From contig JAHLWZ010000076.1 of NCBI GenBank assembly GCA_020536535.1, positions 26,102 through 90,101 of the forward strand: a stretch of 64,000 nt of DNA, given 5' to 3'. A program made the translations under genes and the position numbers. The DNA is from Pelomyxa schiedti (lineage: Eukaryota; Protista; Evosea). The notes beneath the pieces are model-generated. The model saw only the letters and a list, made by a program, of their open reading frames with translations. It did not search any database and was not told where the DNA came from. Positions 1-11,659 of this stretch are shown here, in pieces (the first letter of the stretch is position 1; each line of letters opens with the position of its first letter).

Positions 1-359
1 ACGTCCTTAGTCTCCAAAATATCGCGATATCCGTAGCACCTGGCTTCGCCGCCGCTTTTCACAGCGCACCAAAACGTGTCATAGCAAGTCTGCTCGCCGT
101 GCGGAAGCACCGGCTTGCACCGGAACGACGCGTCGTCGTGCCCAGGGCCGGTCACTTGGTTCCTGAGATCGCGCATCTCGCCAGGGCAGAACGGCGATCC
201 CGTGGTTCGCCTCGCTACGTTGTTTGGCGGCGTGAACGCGGGTACGCTTTTTGGCCTGTGTCTTCGCCTGCGGGCCACAGTACAGTCCGCTATCACGAAC
301 GCGAGGATCGTCGCACACGTGAGTACCAGTAACGTCCATATTACGAACATGTGGTGCAT
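1..359 (-). CDS. 5' part of a signal-anchor/type II membrane protein; runs off the left edge of the window
   Basis: Manual translation from ATG 359 is open to position 1: MHHMFVIWTLLVLTCATILAFVIADCTVARRRRHRPKSVP...CYDTFWCAVKSGGEARCYGYRDILETKD. It has an N-terminal hydrophobic helix followed by a basic, then Cys-containing, region. It is absent from the ORF track because no stop lies in the window. Confidence 0.7.
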   Translation of the reverse strand, partial: MHHMFVIWTLLVLTCATILAFVIADCTVARRRRHRPKSVPAFTPPNNVARRTTGSPFCPGEMRDLRNQVTGPGHDDASFRCKPVLPHGEQTCYDTFWCAVKSGGEARCYGYRDILETKD

Positions 360-610
360 CTTGTAGATCTTGACGTCTGACCGCTCGTGACACACAACTT
401 CGCCTTTTTCAGTTTTTTCACAGCGTTTGCGAGAATTTTTGGAACTGAAATTTCGTTGACAACGAGAAAAAAAAAAAGGTGCCACGAAGAATTCGAATAG
501 AACGTGGATGTAAGGAGCACTTTTTTTTTTATCAACAGTGGTACTGACCACTGCTCTGATTGTAATTGGGGACAAAACTTCGGATACAAATGTGTAAGCA
601 CAAAGAGTAT

Positions 611-2480
611 CTACAACGCGTCTTCGGTTATGTTTTCTCCACAGTGTATCTTCTTGTCCAGGAAGCCTTTTTTCACCAACGAGTCCTCCAAGTAACTACG
701 GGATTGTTAGAAGTGAACCATAAAAAAAAAAGAGATAAGGTGGACACACTTCTCCCATCGGTAAATGAGTGTACCTGCAAAATTGCTTAGCTTGGGTAAA
801 ATACTGACAATCTTACCATTCTTGGGGGGTAAAGTGATGTTGTTTGCACCTGCCGTGGAGCGTAAAAAGTGAATAATCATTGCACCCTTTGAGTACGGGA
901 CTTTCCCTCTTACGGACCTGTAACGTTTGGCAACGCAAGAGTTAACTGGTTTTCTTTAGTATTTAGTGGAAGATACCCTGCACCATAGCTCACAACCAAA
1001 GTGGAGGTGGGCATTGTATGAAGCTTGGGTGGAGGTTTTCCTGTTTCATTGATATAACTCATGAAAACATTTGTCAGAAGCCCTGGCCCAGCACAGCCCT
1101 TACAATTGTCTTTCTGGTAAGTTTCAAATCTTTGAAGAAAAAACAAAGGAGAGAAGAGTGAACATGGAACTTAAATTGAGTTGGGATATACTACAGCTCA
1201 AGACATCGCCGAATGTAAGGGTGCTGGGGACGAAAGTTGAAAAGAGCGCCATTGTGCGGTATGAAGAACGTTGTTGCATTAGCTGTAGAAGATAAGTTAG
1301 ACAGAAAAAGAAATGAAACACACGGTTTGTTAAGTCGGGATAACAGTCTTGGAAACGTTGAGGAATGCAACTCGGCATTTTGTATCTTTTTGGACAACCA
1401 ACAGCCTCAGTGCGTGAGATGATGTTACTAACAGAGGGGAATTGACGAGTAATCACAAAGTCAAAATCGAGGTAAGTCCCTCCATAAATATATAGCCATG
1501 CCAGGCGCAAGTAATCACTAATGTGATGAAGAACCCATTGTGAGGTTGTATTCGAAGGCACAGTTTTGGGGTCAAAGAATTTTTTAAATTCGTCAAGGTG
1601 CACTCTGAGCCAGTGCGAGCCTGGAATTCCAGAATAAGCAAGCTCATCCAAATTGTAACGTTCAATGATGATAGTTCCCTGCTAGTGTCAGTCTAATGTA
1701 GTATTAAAGGTGACTACTTGTGTGAACTCACTAAAGAAGTCCAGTGGTAGCGTATTAGAATGAATCAAGATAGACCTAAAAACATTGGGAGAGAGGGAAA
1801 AAAAGCTCAGTATACCCTCCCTCATCCCCAAAAGAAACTACATAATACCTATCAGGCATAGTGTTGAATACCGACAGCATAGGGAGTAACATAATGCACT
1901 TTGGAGGCACTTTTCCCTTTGATGTCTCCCAAAAGAAGTGCAAAACAGAGGGTACGCCGTCGCATGCGCTGTGTCCAGCGGCCCCACCTTGCGTGTATTT
2001 GACACGGTTGATAGAATCACCCGCAGAGCAGGGGGGATTGTCTCGCCGGAAAGGCCCGAAGACGTCCGGGTGCGAGACGTAGGGCCCGACGTAGTACCAG
2101 TCGAACACGTCGTCGTCCTCAGCGGTGTGGGTGTAACACTCGTGCTTCGGCGGGACATCGGAAGAGGACGACGACGGCGATGCGGCGGCTTCCTCCTCTT
2201 CGATCCACGCGGAGTGAAGCCGGGCCTGCTCGTATGCGTAGCTTTTTTGTCGCTCCTCCGGGATTATGGGGTGCGCCGAAGACGAGACGCGCCTGTGGGT
2301 GTCCCCATTTTGTTGGTGTCGTTGGCCCTGGGTCTGAAGTTGGTCGACCTGCTGTTGCTGCGGCCAACGAGGTTGATCGTCGACTACGAGGTCGTCTTGG
2401 ATCCACACCAGCCACATCAACGAGATGCACCACAGAGAGCACACCCCCACGACCCACGCCACCAGCACACGTGAACGCAT
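611..2480 (-). CDS. Type II membrane glycosyltransferase, GT32 (A4GALT/OCH1-like, DxD) family; multi-exon
   Basis: N-terminal TM helix (VLVAWVVGVCSLWCISLMWLVW); GT32 motifs VPSVLHFFW, SDYLRLAWLYIYGGTYLDFD and GPGLLT; last exons joined by GT-AG introns give ...YRWENYLEDSLVKKG...TEDAL* (TAG 611-613). Confidence 0.85.
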
Positions 2481-2941
2481 TCGGGTTTAAAAGAAAAAGA
2501 GACGAACCAGATCTCAGGGCAGGCGGTTAGGAGGGTCGAGTGATGGGTGTCAGAACCCGCATTGGCCGCAAGCGAAAGGAAAAAGAAAGATTGGGAAGAA
2601 AGCACAATGGGGTTCTTGGGGTGTCTCTGGGAGGGTTCTTGAGAGATGCATTCCGGATGGGGAAGGGGTGTTCGATCAATGGCACAGTTTGTTGAAGTCT
2701 ATTTTGGTCAAAGTTGTATTGCTTTGAAGGCGGCGAAGGTGTTGAAACGCCTTTTGGGAAATTTGGTTTGTCCCGCCCAGAGAGCTTCATTGAAAATACA
2801 GTGTTTGGCAGCTTAGTTGCTTTTGAAAAAAGGAAAAAAGCAGTAAAAAAGCGGAAAACGGTTTGATTTACAAAATAAAATAAAAAAACAACAACACAAC
2901 AGCCTCAGCAGTACCCGACAGCCCGGATCTACGACACAACA

Positions 2942-3665
2942 ATGAGCAAGTACGAAGACGCACTTCCCTCGGACACGTATAAGATGGTCCTCATTGGTGA
3001 CGGTGGTGTCGGAAAGAGCGCTATTACGCTGTCGCTCACACAGCACATCTTCATCACCGAGTACGATCCTACGATCGAAAACGCTTACCGCAAGCCCATG
3101 TCCGTCGACGACAGAATTTGTGTGTTGGACATTCTGGACACTGCTGGGCAGGAGGAATTCTCTGCCATGGTATGACCGTTGTTCTGGAGAAACCTTTTTT
3201 TTATTGACTTCATTTTCTTAGAGAGAAGCCTATTTCCGCCAGGGGCAAGGGTTTATGATTGTTTGGAGTGTCGGAGACCGCGGAAGCTTCGATTCCGCAG
3301 GCGATTTCTACAGAAAAATCCTCCGAGTGAAAGACGCGGAATCCTTCCCTGTCGTCTTCTGTGGCAACAAGGCCGATTTACCTCCTTCTGAAAGGCTAGT
3401 GTCCGAAGCAGAAGGAAAAGCACTTGGAAAGTCTTGTGGGGGTGCCCCTTATCTTGAGGTAAACTTTTCCTGTCTATATGTAGTAGAGTCTGACCCTTCT
3501 ATCTAGACCTCCGCTAAAGTTCGGTTAAATATCGAAGCTAGCTTTGAGACCCTCATAAGACTTGTCCGTAACTACAATAAAGTTCGCGGGCTTGTTGAGG
3601 ATGACTCTGTTCGCATCAAGAAAAGAACAAAGCGAACCACCAAAGGAGGCTGCACTCTTCTGTAA
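2942..3665 (+). CDS. ras: Ras-family small GTPase (2 introns)
   Basis: GDGGVGKS, effector loop [25 protein letters not shown]; C-terminal polybasic stretch plus CAAX ([15 protein letters not shown]). Confidence 0.95.
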
Positions 3666-3754
3666 ACTCTCTGTGTAGTTTGTGTACATATGAGTTGTAA
3701 CATACCTGAAATTTAAAGAAAAAAACTCCATTTTGCGCAATGTACTTCTTTGTT

Positions 3755-5381
3755 TCAGCAAAAGAGATTTTTTAGTAGCACAACAATTAAGGCCCCAATT
3801 ACAATGATCAGAGAGAAAAGGATGCCAATAGCGTTCATAGGAATGAGAGGGATTCTTACGTGCTGGAACTTCCCTGTGCACATGGGCTTGTGTGCATCAA
3901 AACTTGTGGGATCAGCATGCATCGGATTCAACGGGTTGTGTATGTGCTGAAGTTTGCTCACTGAGCAAGCCGGTTGGTTGGAGATCAGATGCACAAAGGG
4001 TTTCATTGGAGTGGTGGAATCATTGAATAGAAGCTCGGCTCCAGAGAATCCGTCTCCCTGTGGTGTGTTGAGGTTTCAAGGTTTAAATCTCTAAGTAATA
4101 ACCTTTCCGGGAAGTGTCCTGTAGTACTCGTCACTGCGGCTGAAATTAGTTTCTTCCCACAGGCCAGAGTGGAATGACCTGGACCAATGCAGTAAAGCAC
4201 CTGCTCTTGCAGTAATTCATTCGTCAAGATTTCGCGGGCAGGAGAAAGCGGGAAAAGGAACCTGGTGCAGAGGAACCCTCGACATGCCTGTAAAGTACAC
4301 CTCCTGGTGTTATTAAGACTTGGGCCGGGGTTTTCCTCTCTTCGTTTTCGGTCAATTGTAAATTGACTTGAGAAACGGTCTTATCGTGCCTCATAACTTC
4401 CACAGCCTACATATATTTATAGTTGCATCTTTTTTCATTGGATAAAAGATTACATATGAGAGAACAGGATAGGTGAAAATTTCGTCCCACAGTCTATCAT
4501 CGTCAACTACAAGAACATACTCAGACCAGCGGCATAATGTGTAATATGCCATATTTTGTGCATACCCTGTAAATCGAGTGTGAGAGGGAATTGAGTAGTG
4601 CAATGAGGGTGCCTTGCCTTGCCCCTGGAACTCCTGAAAACGAAGAAACAATTAGCCAGGAGGAGCTGGATTGAACTTGGAAATACCACGAAAGAGCTGA
4701 CTTTCTCAAACTGCAGTTTTGATGTCAACTTGGCAGCCCGTGAGTAGTCTCCACTATTGTCAGTCCATACAACCTGGTATCTAGGTTGCTTACAGTGATA
4801 CTTTGATGAAGGGCAGCTGACCTCAGACCAAATTCATCCAACTCCATGTGTCTTATGATGGCAACCAGTACTCTCTCCAGCATTTCATGCCTTCCACAAG
4901 TTATTGATGCTATGCATAAAGTCCCATTCAACTTCAAAAAAAAAAAAGTTAGCCTATAATACCAAATACATGAATACTAGTGGCATTTATTCAATACATG
5001 TTCCCAACCACCAACCTCAGGATAGACTCTTCTCTTCACAGCCAACGAGGAATTCGAAGTTTCCTTTGCAAGCAGCTCCCACCTGGCCTCTCTATTCAAT
5101 TCGTGGTACAAGTAATTATGCTGTCGCGCGCCCGCGCACTCGTCGTAACTGCTGTTGCTGTAATTGCTGTTGCGGGCGCCCGCACCAATTGCCAGATTGG
5201 TTTCGTTGCCGACGACTGCGCTTTGCGCGGAGCTCGTAGAAGAGGACGAGGCAACGTCGTATCGGCCGGGCTCCGGCAGCAACAGACGAGGCCGCACGAC
5301 GGCGTGCAACAGCACAATTAAGACCACAGCCAACGTGACGACGATGCTGACGGCCACCACGCCTCCACGCCAGCAGCGCAT
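3755..5381 (-). CDS. Probable GT-A fold (GT2-like) glycosyltransferase with N- and C-terminal TM helices; multi-exon
   Basis: N-terminal signal anchor (VVAVSIVVTLAVVLIVLLHAVV); LCIASITCGRHEMLERVL strand-helix; EYVLVVDDDR DxD-type motif; spliced last exon ends in a hydrophobic helix IGILFSLIIVIGALIVVLLKNLFC*. Confidence 0.6.
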
Positions 5382-5492
5382 CGCAGACGAAACGGACGGA
5401 ACAGATGAACACCGGAACTCGAGCGAAAACGTGGAATCATTGAAGTTCGGTTCCCTTGATCAATCTTCAGTTGTTCTGCTCATCGAACGCCG
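5382..5492. promoter_or_regulatory. Very short divergent (bidirectional) promoter region
   Basis: Only about 110 bp separate the head-to-head ATGs at 5381 (-) and 5493 (+). Confidence 0.55.
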
Positions 5493-6338
5493 ATGGCGAA
5501 CCCGAGGACAGTGATTTGTGGTGTTTGTTGTGTGGCGGCTTTGGTGTGGTGGAGGGCCGTCCTTTCTCATCCTAGAATGTTTATTTTCTTGTGAGTTCGT
5601 GCTCCTTTGCTTTTTTTTTCCTCTCTTAACGGGCCTTTTTTTTCCTTCTCCTCTTGGCCAACAAAACTAGGACCAACTGGGCCAATGCCCTTGCAGCTTG
5701 TTATTTTCTCAGCAGTGTTGCAGCAGACTTGGCTCTTGGGCGTGACTACAGGGAAAAAAGGGGGTGGTTGTTTGGCTTCCAAGGTGCGTTCCTTCGCTTC
5801 GTCACCTCTTTGAACCTTACTGTGCTCCTGATGTTTTGGGTGTGGCTCAAACTCAAATTGAAATTAAGATAGAGGAGGATACACTACCCTTTTCCTTCGC
5901 ATAACTTACAAATAACAACACCCAGGGGCTATTCTTTATCAATCCTCTGAATGTCATGTCTCCAAGGTCAACGTATCCTCTGACTCTCAATGTACTTCAA
6001 CATGTAATTTGCCCGGTTATGCTACTTGTTGAGTGTCTGTACCACCGCATTCCCAGAGCTTTACTTTCCATCATCACTGATTTTGTAATTGCAGTACGAT
6101 TTCCTTTTCTGTCACTTCCTTTATGGCTAATACCGATCATTTTGTCCAGGTTGCTGCAGCAGGGCTTTACCTTGGATACATTGCCTGGCTGCACTATTCT
6201 CACGGTTTCAAATGGCCTTACAGAGTCATTGAAGATGTTGGATTACCCACTATGTTTTTTATTGGCTGTTCCACGATCGCACTTATCAGTCTGTGCCTTA
6301 GGCTTCTGCCACAATCCAAAAAACCCAAAAAGAACTAG
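5493..6338 (+). CDS. FAR-17a/AIG1/ADTRP-family multipass membrane Thr/His hydrolase (3 introns)
   Basis: Spliced MFIFL|TNW gives the family FLTNW motif (catalytic Thr); NVLQHV (catalytic His); C-terminal GFKWPYRVI motif; several TM helices. Confidence 0.8.
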
Positions 6339-6435
6339 ACAACACTTCTCTTGTCATTATCAACCTGTACAACAAAAAAGAGAAAAACAAAGAGGTTTTG
6401 AGCTCTATTACGATCGAATGTGGTGACACAGAGAA

Positions 6436-8052
6436 TTACTCAGTGGGTTCCAAAAATTCTGGTGCCTCGTTGTCAGAATCAGCTTCCTCAGTTGACTTGG
6501 ACCGGCCAGAGGAATTCTCATCGGGAATGCAGTGTGTTACTGATTGCATGTCAAGGGTGTCACTCTTTGTTTCTGAATCAACGTCGTTAAGTTGTTCAGT
6601 TTGCTGTTTGAGTGGTGGAGAAGCCGTAGGTGTCACGGCAACGGGGCTGTGGTCCCCACTGTGCTTGCTTGCGTGGCCGCCGTTCATCGAACAGCATAGA
6701 TTATCCGGTGATGGTGTCTTTGGAGGGTGGAGCTGTGGGTAATGTGCCACCAACTCTTCCGCTTGGAGGTGCTGATGCTGGTCGGATGATGCGGGCTGCT
6801 GCGTGTGCAACGAATTCATATTGAGTTGCAGTGGTGGGGATGGAGCTGTTGGGGGAGGCGAGAGGCACATCAAAAGCTGCGGCTGCTGAGGTTGTGTTAA
6901 TATTCCATGCGGTGAATGCGGAGATAACAACTGCTTCTGTTGTGATGGCTGCTGCGATTGTATTTGTTGTTGTTGCTGGGCTATCTGCAAGTGCTGCATA
7001 GAAGAATTTGCAAAGAATACACCGGCTTCGTCGTCCAGTCCCCCAGAACTTACAGTGGCAGCCTGCTGACTCTGCTGAATCTGCTGCTGGGCATGCAAGT
7101 GCATCAATTGCTGCTGAAGGGCTATCATTTGCTGGTGCTGTTGCTGCTCCTGCTTGTGGTGGTATTGCTGTTGCTGCTCCTGTTTTTGTTGCTGCTGCTG
7201 CGAGTGACCTTGTGCGTGATGGTTGTTGGCGTTGGTATTGTTAATACCAATACTACTGCTACTGCTTCCATTGCTAACGATTATATTACTGTTGTTACCT
7301 CCGTTGCTGGTGCTGCTGATGCTGTTGTTAGAGACGGGAGATAGTAACACATCACGGGCGGCGCAATTGAGCCTCGCAAGCTGGCCAAAGTCTGTGGTCA
7401 CGAGGCTAATTTTGGCAACGAACTCAGAAAGGAGCGACCTAAGCACCCGGTTTTCTTCCCTAAGCGAGGCCACCTCCGCCCGCAAAATCCCACAATCCGG
7501 GTCTACAACTCCGCCTCCCATTCCCGTCCCTGTTCCTGTTCCTGTTCCCGCTCCCGCTCCCGCTCCGCTCGAGGTCGCGCACCCGCAACCGGACCCCGGC
7601 GGCATCGCCGAGGAAACGCCGGAGCCCAGCGGGGCGTTGCCGAGGCCGCCGCTTCCCACAATCGAGGATGGCTGCTGTTGGTGGATGTTGTTGCTGGCCA
7701 GGGCGTGGCTGCCGTTGCCTTGTTGTTGCTGTTGCTGTTGCGGTTGTTGTAGGGGCGGGGACAGACTTATGGGAGGATGGAAGACGATGTTCGATGTTGA
7801 GGTAGCAGTTGCGTAGTTTACCGGGCCGTTGGGGTTCAACGCCAATGGGGGCACTAATGGTGGTGGGTGCTTGGTGGGCTGTTGGTATTGCTGTTGTGGT
7901 GGTGGTTGTTGTTGTTGCTGGTGGGATGAAGGCGGGGAGCCGACGATGGTGGGGTGCTGCTGTAGTTGTTGTTGTTGCTGGAGTTGCAGCTGTTGCTGTT
8001 GCAAATGAGCCTGGAAGTGCTGCAGGTGTTGCTGAAATGTATTGTCCATCAT
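6436..8052 (-). CDS. Intronless polyQ/low-complexity protein with a short leucine-zipper-like coiled coil
   Basis: 565-codon open frame; likely start MMDNTFQQH (8052), alternative ATG at 8133; polyQ, N/S and G-rich tracts; heptad CGILRAEVASLREENRVLRSLLSEF. Confidence 0.75.
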   Translation of the reverse strand: MMDNTFQQHLQHFQAHLQQQQLQLQQQQQLQQHPTIVGSPPSSHQQQQQPPPQQQYQQPTKHPPPLVPPLALNPNGPVNYATATSTSNIVFHPPISLSPPLQQPQQQQQQQGNGSHALASNNIHQQQPSSIVGSGGLGNAPLGSGVSSAMPPGSGCGCATSSGAGAGAGTGTGTGTGMGGGVVDPDCGILRAEVASLREENRVLRSLLSEFVAKISLVTTDFGQLARLNCAARDVLLSPVSNNSISSTSNGGNNSNIIVSNGSSSSSIGINNTNANNHHAQGHSQQQQQKQEQQQQYHHKQEQQQHQQMIALQQQLMHLHAQQQIQQSQQAATVSSGGLDDEAGVFFANSSMQHLQIAQQQQQIQSQQPSQQKQLLSPHSPHGILTQPQQPQLLMCLSPPPTAPSPPLQLNMNSLHTQQPASSDQHQHLQAEELVAHYPQLHPPKTPSPDNLCCSMNGGHASKHSGDHSPVAVTPTASPPLKQQTEQLNDVDSETKSDTLDMQSVTHCIPDENSSGRSKSTEEADSDNEAPEFLEPTE

Positions 8053-8213
8053 TGGTGGTATTTCGGCGTTTTTATTTTTGTTTCGGCTTTTGTTTTTGGC
8101 TCCGGGGGTGCATTTGTTTTGACCTTGGGGCATGCATTAGCTGATGTCCATTCGTAGAAGCAAAATAAAGTCTCTTTTGTTTCGCACCACAAAAGAATTT
8201 TAAGTTCTGTGCG

Positions 8214-11200
8214 TTAGAGCCCAGGCCACTTGGAAGCATTGAGGTCAAAGTGTCGTAGTGGGTTAGGTGTAGTGTAACGGCCACGACCACGACCACGGCC
8301 TCGGCCGGGCCGGCCGGGTAGAGGAGGAGGAAGGTCCCAAGGTTCGGGAGTTGCCGGGGAGCACCAATCGACTTTAGGTGCCTGTTCGGTGGTCTCCTCT
8401 GGTACTGAGGACGGTTCTCGGGGCGCTGGGAGGTCCGGCTCCGGCTCGGCGGAGCTGCGGGCTGTTGTTGGAGGGGGAGGTCTGTGTACCCGTCCCCGTG
8501 CCGAGGCAAAACCACGAGTGGGAGCTCCTCTCATAGTACTGGGGCCGCCTCTCTCACCCCTTCCACCTCTCATTCCTCTGAAACCTCTGAAGGAACCTCT
8601 TCTCGGAGTATCATTATTTCCCCTTCCTCTGCCGCCCCTGTGGCTCCCCTGCTCAGGGGGTGGTTCCTCTTCCAGCTCAGTCAATTCCTCTGGCACAGTC
8701 TGCCTCTTGGTGAATTCTTTCACTGGGCTTTCGACGGCCCCTGCTGCACGTAGCATGGCTTCTACAGCAGAATTTTTCTCGGCAATAGAAATCCGTAGAG
8801 CGTTCCAGCCGTGATTATCTGTGCTGTTGATTTCCACGCGGGGATGTGCAAGTAGTGCGGCAATAATTGACTGTTGGTCCATGACAGGGTCGTGGGTAGG
8901 TGTCTTATTGGTAGTAGCTGTTCCTTGATGTGGTTGTGTGGAGACATGCTTCTGTTTGTAGTTGGAGTGGTTTTTGCTCTCCCGGTAACGAGGGTTTGGC
9001 TGGTGCTTGAGGTTTTTGTTTTTTGAGGTTTTGGTATCTGGGCTCGGTGGAAGATTCGTTTCAACTGGTCCGATAATGTTTTTCGAGGCAATATGGAGTG
9101 CAGTTTGGCCTGCAGTGGTCTTGGAATCAGGTTCAATCTCGGGGTGTGCCAGCAATAATTTGACAATTGTGAGAAACCCTCTTTTCGCGTTGAGCTAAAG
9201 TATTTGTGAAAAAAAAATTATACCTTTTACAGGCAATATGAAGTGCTGTCCATTTACGGCTGTTGAGAGGTAGATTGACATCTACACCTGATTCGATGGC
9301 TTTCTGTACAAGAAGTATGTCACCTCTATTGATGGCACTGCTGAACATGGATAACACAGCAGGATGGCTTGGTTTTTCATGCACCACCGTATCAACAAAT
9401 CTTTTGTTTCAGTTACGAGTCGATCAAAGGTTTTTTCCCCGTACACAGAAAGAGATCGGTAATTCTTTACTGCAAGTTGTAGAGTAGACTGTCCTTTTCT
9501 CTCCCCAACTGCCCTTGTAACAGTAGTCTTACTAGGGCACAGGGAAGCGGTTTTATGCAAAAATGCATCCCAATGTCTACCACTACAATATTTGCCACTG
9601 AGTGTCAATTTAAGTATGGCATCGGTAATGATTTTGGCTACCGAAATATGGCCACTCGCTAGGGCAATGTGAAGAGCTGTTTTATTGGTTTTGCTCTACT
9701 TCCGTGAGAAAAGTTGTAATGACAAATGAATACCTTGAGGAAAGGTGACACCGAGTGAGAAAGAAGTTTTTCCACGGCCGCAATATGATTATGCCTGGCT
9801 GCCACCATCAATGCAGTCCACCTTAGCGAGATAAGAGGGAGTGAAGAGCAACAAATACGGTTGGATGAGGTACCCATTATTATTTTGTGCGTCCATCTTA
9901 ACTCCATAATTAAAGAGTATTTCGATAGAATCGCAGGAGTTGTGACGACTTGCCAGATGCAGAGGAGTTGCCTTAAAAAAAAAAAAAGCAGCACTGGTAA
10001 ATTGGTACTCATATTGTTTATGCATACACCATATCTATCAGGAGCATTCGAATTAGCTCCTAATTTTAGAAGGCTAGTCACCCATTCCGACTTATTCAAT
10101 TTGCATGCAATGTGGAGAAGGGTCTAGGAACGTTGGATGGGTCTAACGATGAATAGGAAACAAACTCTCTTTCTGCATGAGGTCACTGAAGAAACAAGAA
10201 GAGGAAGGTTTTCTGGTGTTTTTTCCTCATGATCGGTATCTGAACTCCGGCAAGAAAACGACTCAAGTATTTCTCTGTTTTGTATTACTGGTGTTGACCA
10301 AAACACTAAAGTAATCGTAGCATGCCTGAAATCTAACTTAGCTTTCCAGAGAGGATACCGTTTCTCTTTGGGAATTTCTTCAATTTTTAGTATTCCAGGG
10401 GATTCCCTCAAAACTAAATATTTTCCAGATCCTTGCGTTTTATCATTTTTATTTTGACTTCTGAACTTACACGCATTAGAAATATCAATAAAGAGCTCCA
10501 ATACCGTGGTTTTTGTTTAAAAAATCGGCGTTGTCTTACAAATACCTTTCTACGCCGGCCTCGTTTGTGAAAAACCTCTGAATCACCAGCCTCAGTCACT
10601 GTCTTTAGATGGAAGGTGAGGCAAAGAATAAGATGCGGGGGTCTACATGATCCATTTTTGTTTTCAATCTGCGAATGCGCCCTTCTATCAGACGCACTTT
10701 GTTCAAGAAATGGGGGAAATCTGAAATAAAATACGTAACATCTTCATAAGTAATGCATGAATACAAGAGTGAAAGAAGTACCAAAATCTGGAGTTTCGCA
10801 CTGAGTCTCAGAAGCATCAGTGTCATGACAGATTTCTTCTTGATTTTCGTTTGCCGGTTTGCCCGGAGGTTGCATTTTGGGGGGAAATTCCTCCCCTCTC
10901 TCCCTCGCCAAGTTCTTTGCTTCACAAAATTGTTTCCATTCTTCCACAGATGGGTGGGTTTGGGAGACAGTCGAATTGTTCTCTTGTACGTCCTCAATTT
11001 CTTCCTCATCCTCACAACTACTAATACATGTTGCAAACGGATCCCGGCGCTCTATTGGCGCAGGAGGTAGTGGAGACGGCTCCATGGCCAAAGGAGACAA
11101 CGCAGCACAAGAACAACGCTTTTCCCACTGGGAGAAGGCCATGTTTTGGCCAAGATTCAACACCTTATCTTCATACTGCCTAATGAGCTGGGTTTTCGAC

Positions 11201-11485
11201 CACACTAGGAATTTAAGCACTTTGTCTCTACCTTTGCAGTAATTAGTCACAACGACAGTCCCAAAGTGGGGGAAAAAAACCGCTCCACTCGTGGCGCAGG
11301 TACTTTCTTCTGTCACGAGCACACGCGCCCCGCTTTGGATCTGGTATTGACGTGCCGGGCTTCGGCCAAAACCACTCCTCCTCGCCAAGGTAACTACTAC
11401 TTCGTCTGTTCTTCCTTCTCTTGTTCGCCTTTTTTACCTTGGGCGCGGTGTCCTCGTGGTAAGATCCAGTCCCCCAGCCGTCCAT
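8214..11485 (-). CDS. Ankyrin-repeat protein with C-terminal RG/RGG-rich tail; multi-exon
   Basis: Ankyrin consensus segments TPLHLASRHN, WTALMVAARHNHIAAVEKLL, WTALHIACK, QTALHIAS, WNALRISI; tail RGGRGRG...RGMRGGRGERGG...GRGRGRGRGR. The 5' exons (MDGWGTGSY...) are assigned to the same gene by collinearity. Confidence 0.75.
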
Positions 11486-11659
11486 GGACCCGCGTGGGCT
11501 TGAATAAATAATAAAAACTGAAAAAAAAAAACCGTTTGAACTCAGCTGTCAAACGTGTATCGGTAAAAAAGCACCATCACTTTGCCTTGTCATTCCTGGT
11601 GTCTAAATTTGGCCCGGGGCGATCATTCATTATTTTGTTGGAATTCGTTCGAATTGGAA

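Noticed and set aside
6958-8144. Hydrophobic poly-L/V/C ORFs on the plus strand (similar ones at 23849-24328, 31708-32229 and 44120-44839)
   Set aside because: They are antisense readings of polyQ, acidic or P/T repeat coding sequence.
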